Source: a virus
Virus record (IMG/VR): IMGVR_UViG_3300039451_000027
Location: 1 to 64,000 of that record
Strand: one strand, 5' to 3'
Length of the DNA stretch: 64,000 nt
Shown here one piece after another: positions 60,109-64,000 of the stretch; the first letter of the stretch is position 1; every line of letters starts with the position of its first letter. The translations under genes and the position numbers were made by a program. The notes below the pieces were generated by a model. That model was not told the origin of the DNA and made no database searches. It saw only the letters and a list, made by a program, of their open reading frames with translations.

Positions 60109-60615
60109 GTGGTGGATATCGCGTTGGTGGCAAAGACTGTGCCCTGCGCCCCGGTGCTGCTGAAGCTCGCCAAAGGTTGCCTGGGCCGGAGTCTCAGCAA
60201 GCGATTGGACGAGCTGAGATTGCCGACCGACACGCTCTCGGCCTTCATCGTAATGCTTGGCGAACTGGAGCAGGAAGGGTGCAACCCGGCGGAGGTGCTC
60301 AGGGAGGCTGGTCCCCTGCTCAGGCACGCCTCCTATAGCTTCGCGATTCGCGGATCGTCAACCCTCCTTCACGAACTCGCCATTACGAGCGACCTGAAGA
60401 TTCTCGGGGACTCTGAATTCGCCGTCGTCTCCGGCAACTTGGAGGAGTGGAGGACAGCAATTATCAACGGTTCGACGGGTCGCGAGCTCTACGAGATCGC
60501 GCAGTTCTACACGAGGGTACTGAGCCTATTCGAGATTGACGGGCTCGGTCAACTCTGGGCTAACTATCAGAAGGTCTCGGGATCTGATTCAGTGATCAAG
60601 TTATCGCCCAAGTAA
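60109..60615 (+). CDS. hypothetical protein (168 aa)
   Basis: Track ORF; GTG start. Confidence 0.5.
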   Translation: MVDIALVAKTVPCAPVLLKLAKGCLGRSLSKRLDELRLPTDTLSAFIVMLGELEQEGCNPAEVLREAGPLLRHASYSFAIRGSSTLLHELAITSDLKILGDSEFAVVSGNLEEWRTAIINGSTGRELYEIAQFYTRVLSLFEIDGLGQLWANYQKVSGSDSVIKLSPK

Positions 60616-60627
60616 CATGGTGCCTAC

Positions 60628-62622
60628 ATGGACCAGACCAAGTGGACTGTAAAATTGAAGGCCGGCAAGTGGATGGTGCCCGTCGAGATCGAGAGGCAGG
60701 GGGATCGGCTCTGGCTCAAGTTCCCTTACAACCAGCACTTGCTCGACGAGGTTCGGGCGATGGACGGGTCGCGCTGGCATGGCTACGATGAGCCGAACCC
60801 TCGCAAGCAGTGGTCGATCAAGGACTCTTGCCGAAATCGGTTCCAGTTGGCCTACCTAGCTCACCCGAGCTCCAGGGACCCCGAGTGCCCGTACTACCGA
60901 TACGACCAGCCGATCAAGGAGTATCAGCTCAGGCGCAAGGAGGCAATGGGTCACCAGGTGGAGCTCGTGAGGCACGGCCTCACTTACCACTACGCTCTGT
61001 GGGCCGCTGACATGGGCGTCGGTAAGACGCTGGCGGCGATCGAGGTAATGGAGGGGTCGGGTCACGAGGACTGGATTTGGGTTGGACCCAGATCCGCGAT
61101 CCAGGCCGCCAAGCTCGAGTTCGAGATCTGGCGGTGCGGGGTGCGACCACGGGTGCACACCTTCGAGAGCTTGAAGAAGCTCGTCGCTGACTGGCCCCCA
61201 GGTCTGGGTGCTCCCCGGGGGCTGGTCATCGACGAGATAAGCCGCTGCAAGAATCCCACGGCCCAGCGGACGCAGGCGGTGCAGCACCTCGCCGACGCGA
61301 TTCGCGAGCGGTGGGGTGACGATGGCTACGTCATCGGGATGTCGGGCTCCCCGTCCCCCAAGTCCCCGGTCGATTGGTGGAGCCTGTGCGAGATCATCTG
61401 TCCTGGCTTTCTCAGGGAAGGCAACCCTGACAAGCTGAAGAAGCGGCTCGCCATAATCGAGGAGCGGCAAAGCGTGACGGGCGGGGGCTATCCGCACCTC
61501 GTCACGTGGCGGGACGACCCGAAGAAGTGCAACGTCTGCGGTGACGTGGAGGGCGCTCCGCAGCACGACCCCTCCGGGATGGTCGACGGGAGCAATCTCT
61601 ACCATCCGTTCACACCCTCGGTTGACGAGGTCTCCCTCCTCTACAAGAGGCTGCGTGGACTCGTGATCGTGAAGCTCAAGAAGGACTGCCTCGACCTGCC
61701 GCCGCTGCGGTACAGGGTGATCGAGTGCAAGCCGTCGACCTCCGTGCTCAATGCAGCCAGGGCCATCGCCGTGAGGGCTCCGTCCGCGATCCAGGCGCTG
61801 GTTCTCCTCCGCGAGCTAAGCGACGGGTTCCAGTATGCGGACGTCGAGCACGTCGAGGTACAGTGCGACAGGTGCCGAGGCCTCTGCCAAATCCGGGAGC
61901 CGTACGACGAGCTCTGTCCGGACAGCTTTCCCGAGCCCAGTGAAATTGAGGCCGGGCACCGCTGGGTGTATGACGAGACCGCCGACTCCCTCGTCCCGGG
62001 TCCGGCGATCAGGTTGGGCGAGCGAGTCGCCTCGTGCCCGACGTGCGGCGGAACCGGCAAGGTCATGAGCTATCGGCGAGAGGCTCAGCAGGTCGCCTGC
62101 CCGAAGGAGAACGCCCTCGTCGAGCTCCTCGACCAGCACGAGGAGGTGGGCCGCATAGTGATCTGCGCCGGATTCACCGGCTCCGTCGATCGGTGCGTCG
62201 CGATCTGCAAGAGGGCCGGTTGGGAGACCGTCCGGGTGGACGGTCGTGGTTGGCACTCCTCCATTCCGGGCGACGAGGTGTCGCTCCTAAAGGCCTTCCA
62301 GAGGGGGCAGGAGAAGTGGGCTCGTGTGGCGTTCGTGATGCAGCCGAGCTCGGGTGGCATGGGCATCACGCTCACCGCGAGCCCGTCCATCGTGTACTAC
62401 AGCAACGACTTCAACGCCGAGTCCCGTATACAGTCCGAGAATCGCGTGCACCGCCCAGGCATGGACTCGAACCTCGGCGCCACGATCTACGACTTGATCC
62501 ACCTGTCTAGCGACCTCCTCGTTCTGAACAACCTCAGGGCGAAGCGGCGACTCATGGACATGACGATGGGCCAGTTCCAGGAGGAGCTCAAGGTGGCGGA
62601 GATTGGGCCCCGGCAAGTTTGA
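60628..62622 (+). CDS. SNF2-family helicase with zinc-ribbon insert
   Basis: ADMGVGKTLAAI (motif I), LVIDEISRCKN (II), SENRVHRPG (VI); CDRCRGLC..CPTCGGTG insert. Confidence 0.85.
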   Translation: MDQTKWTVKLKAGKWMVPVEIERQGDRLWLKFPYNQHLLDEVRAMDGSRWHGYDEPNPRKQWSIKDSCRNRFQLAYLAHPSSRDPECPYYRYDQPIKEYQLRRKEAMGHQVELVRHGLTYHYALWAADMGVGKTLAAIEVMEGSGHEDWIWVGPRSAIQAAKLEFEIWRCGVRPRVHTFESLKKLVADWPPGLGAPRGLVIDEISRCKNPTAQRTQAVQHLADAIRERWGDDGYVIGMSGSPSPKSPVDWWSLCEIICPGFLREGNPDKLKKRLAIIEERQSVTGGGYPHLVTWRDDPKKCNVCGDVEGAPQHDPSGMVDGSNLYHPFTPSVDEVSLLYKRLRGLVIVKLKKDCLDLPPLRYRVIECKPSTSVLNAARAIAVRAPSAIQALVLLRELSDGFQYADVEHVEVQCDRCRGLCQIREPYDELCPDSFPEPSEIEAGHRWVYDETADSLVPGPAIRLGERVASCPTCGGTGKVMSYRREAQQVACPKENALVELLDQHEEVGRIVICAGFTGSVDRCVAICKRAGWETVRVDGRGWHSSIPGDEVSLLKAFQRGQEKWARVAFVMQPSSGGMGITLTASPSIVYYSNDFNAESRIQSENRVHRPGMDSNLGATIYDLIHLSSDLLVLNNLRAKRRLMDMTMGQFQEELKVAEIGPRQV

Positions 62623-62737
62623 TCGAGTCACGGAGTGTCTAACCAATCCCTTGCGCGTCAAGGGTGGCCGCTGAATGCGGAGTTCCGGGACTTGATCAGA
62701 TTGCGCAATCAAGTTAACGCAATCAAATCAGCGTAAA

Positions 62738-62786
62738 AATTCCGTGGAAAATTTCCCGAAATGGTAGTAGGGTATATAGGGGAGAG
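62738..62786 (+). promoter_or_regulatory. conserved promoter-like element, copy P4 (upstream of third ParB gene)
   Basis: AATTCCGTGGAAAATTTCCCGAAATGGTAGTAGGGTATATAGGGGAGAG. The palindrome GATTGCGCAATC lies ~30 nt upstream. Confidence 0.55.
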
Positions 62787-62849
62787 TGTAGCAGTCGCCG
62801 CGATTTGAGATTTGATTTTTGAATCCTGCTCCCAGTATGAGGAACTAAA

Positions 62850-63689
62850 ATGCCGCTTGCTGAATCAGAACTGAAGCCCTTCGAAGTCCCGATGAGCGAA
62901 ATTTTCAGCGACGAGGAATTCAACTGCCGGGGCAAAATTGCGCCTTACGACGTCATAGACCTCGTTCGCTCCATTGACCAGAACGGCTTGCAGCAGCCGA
63001 TCATCGTCCAACCGTTCGACAAGCACCCGCCGCACAAGTACCGGATCGTGAGCGGTCACCGAAGGCACGCGGCCTTCCGGGTTCTCGAGAGGCCGACCAT
63101 TCCGGCGATCATAAAGGACGGGCTCTCCGATCTCGACGCGAGGAAGTGGAACCTGGAGGAGAACCTCAAGCGTCAGAACCTCAACGTCCTCCAGGAGGCG
63201 AGGGCCATTGCACACTTCAAGAATGCTGGCTACACGCAGGAGGACCTGGCCAGGGAGCTCGGGGTGAGCCGTGGTTGGGCGCAGGTGAGGTTCATGACTC
63301 TCGAACTGCCCCCGGAGATTCAGGAGGAGGTGGCAGCCGGCTTCCTCACGCAGCAGCAGATCAAGGACATCTCCCACATGCCCCGGGAGGATCAGTTCGT
63401 CGCGGTCAAGAGGATCAAGCTCGCGCGGGAGAAGGGCGAGGCGCCCGTCAAGATCAGGAAGAAGAACAGGAATCCCCTCATCAAGAAGGTGAGGCTCAGG
63501 GATGAAATATTCGAGATGCAAGAGATGATTCAGTCGGTCATCGGAAATAACTTCGGCACGAGGATGCTCGCCTGGGCGGCCGGAGAGATATCTGATCTAG
63601 ACGCATTGCGAGACCTCCGGGAGCTCGCGAAGGAGAAGGGTGTACCGTATGAAATTCCTGCAGATATCCTGCAAGCAGCCAAATTGTAA
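62850..63689 (+). CDS. ParB-family protein (N-domain + HTH, 279 aa)
   Basis: ..YRIVSGHRRHAAFRVL.. (GxRR box), then the HTH GYTQEDLARELGVSRGWAQVRF. Confidence 0.85.
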   Translation: MPLAESELKPFEVPMSEIFSDEEFNCRGKIAPYDVIDLVRSIDQNGLQQPIIVQPFDKHPPHKYRIVSGHRRHAAFRVLERPTIPAIIKDGLSDLDARKWNLEENLKRQNLNVLQEARAIAHFKNAGYTQEDLARELGVSRGWAQVRFMTLELPPEIQEEVAAGFLTQQQIKDISHMPREDQFVAVKRIKLAREKGEAPVKIRKKNRNPLIKKVRLRDEIFEMQEMIQSVIGNNFGTRMLAWAAGEISDLDALRDLRELAKEKGVPYEIPADILQAAKL

Positions 63690-63696
63690 GGGGAGG

Positions 63697-63798
63697 ATGG
63701 TCTGTCAGCAGGGTAGACGCGGATATTACTACCGTTGCCCAGTATGCGGAAAGACGGTCAACAAGCGACCGAAGATCGCCCCACTATTGAGAGCTTGA
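63697..63798 (+). CDS. possible zinc-ribbon peptide (33 aa)
   Basis: MVCQQGRRGYYYRCPVCGKTVNKRP... The SD-like GGGGAGG abuts the ATG, which is poor spacing. Confidence 0.2.
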   Translation: MVCQQGRRGYYYRCPVCGKTVNKRPKIAPLLRA

Positions 63799-63799
63799 T

Positions 63800-64000
63800 A
63801 TGATGACGTTCCTCGACACGGAGACGTGCGGACTGCACGGGCCGGTTGTCCTCCTCCAGTGGGCGGAGGGCGACGGCGAGATTCACCTCCACGAGGTCTG
63901 GAGGAATTCGGCGGCTTCTACGATCTCGCTCATCGAGCGGATCGCGAGTGGCGAGGTCTGCGGATTCAACCTCGCCTTCGACTGGTTTCACCTGTGTCAA
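63800..64000 (+). CDS. DEDD 3'-5' exonuclease domain, probably N-terminus of a family-A DNA polymerase (3' end outside window)
   Basis: MMTFLDTETCGL (Exo I DxE) and GFNLAFDW (Exo II). The ORF is open to the window edge. Confidence 0.55.
   Translation, partial: MMTFLDTETCGLHGPVVLLQWAEGDGEIHLHEVWRNSAASTISLIERIASGEVCGFNLAFDWFHLCQ

Noticed and set aside
1-64000. Search for integrase, transposase/IS elements, toxin-antitoxin pairs, restriction-modification or other known defence systems, rRNA and canonical tRNAs.
   Set aside because: I recognised no catalytic motifs for tyrosine/serine recombinases or DDE transposases, and no other such genes. Absence by eye is weak evidence, and these may lie outside the window.

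Overview
Read by eye, this 64-kb window looks like most of the genome of a high-GC (roughly 60% or more by inspection) siphovirus-type tailed phage or prophage. I saw no rRNA, CRISPR array, integrase or transposase. Layout: (1) 1-4567 (+): nucleotide-metabolism/modification genes, namely a frame-broken GP88-like gene, a DHH/DHHA1 phosphoesterase, a dUTPase with an extra C-terminal domain, and a GT-A-like glycosyltransferase. (2) 4568-5305: non-coding junction with a 15-bp iteron array and a minus-strand terminator. (3) 5306-10195 (-): operon of about 12 small genes plus a ParB-like gene; its spacers carry a recurrent ~20-nt motif and nested inverted repeats. (4) 10.2-12.65 kb: regulatory island with direct repeats, a phage sigma-70/ECF-like factor, a 21-bp-stem hairpin, a (CTGCC)7 microsatellite, a 45-bp-arm inverted repeat and a sigma-54-type -24/-12 box. 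(5) 12.7-50.2 kb (+): late region. It holds fibre/spike-like proteins (a beta-helix protein and an 18 x 20-aa repeat protein), a GpA-type large terminase, portal, scaffold and capsid protein. A PAS + CheY-like receiver pair is inserted right after the capsid gene. Then come the tail tube, a secreted-protein moron, a G/GT chaperone with a T_TTT_TTA -1 slippery site, the tape measure, a 7-bladed beta-propeller, a giant J-like tail protein and a low-GC receptor-binding module. The region ends with an unusual lysis-like cassette: a holin-like protein, a secreted papain-family C1 peptidase ending in CxxCH, and a class-3 lipase, with no recognisable muramidase or amidase. (6) 50.1-57.85 kb (-): C39-like peptidase, DEDDh exonuclease, Dam-type MTase, dNMP kinase, AEP primase/SF3 helicase. 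(7) 57.9-64.0 kb (+): two more ParB-like genes, a truncated tRNA-like element, an SNF2 helicase and the start of a DNA polymerase. A 37-nt almost invariant promoter-like element occurs four times, in front of modules 5, 6 and 7. All family assignments come from motif recognition and manual translation/alignment only; no database search or program was run.
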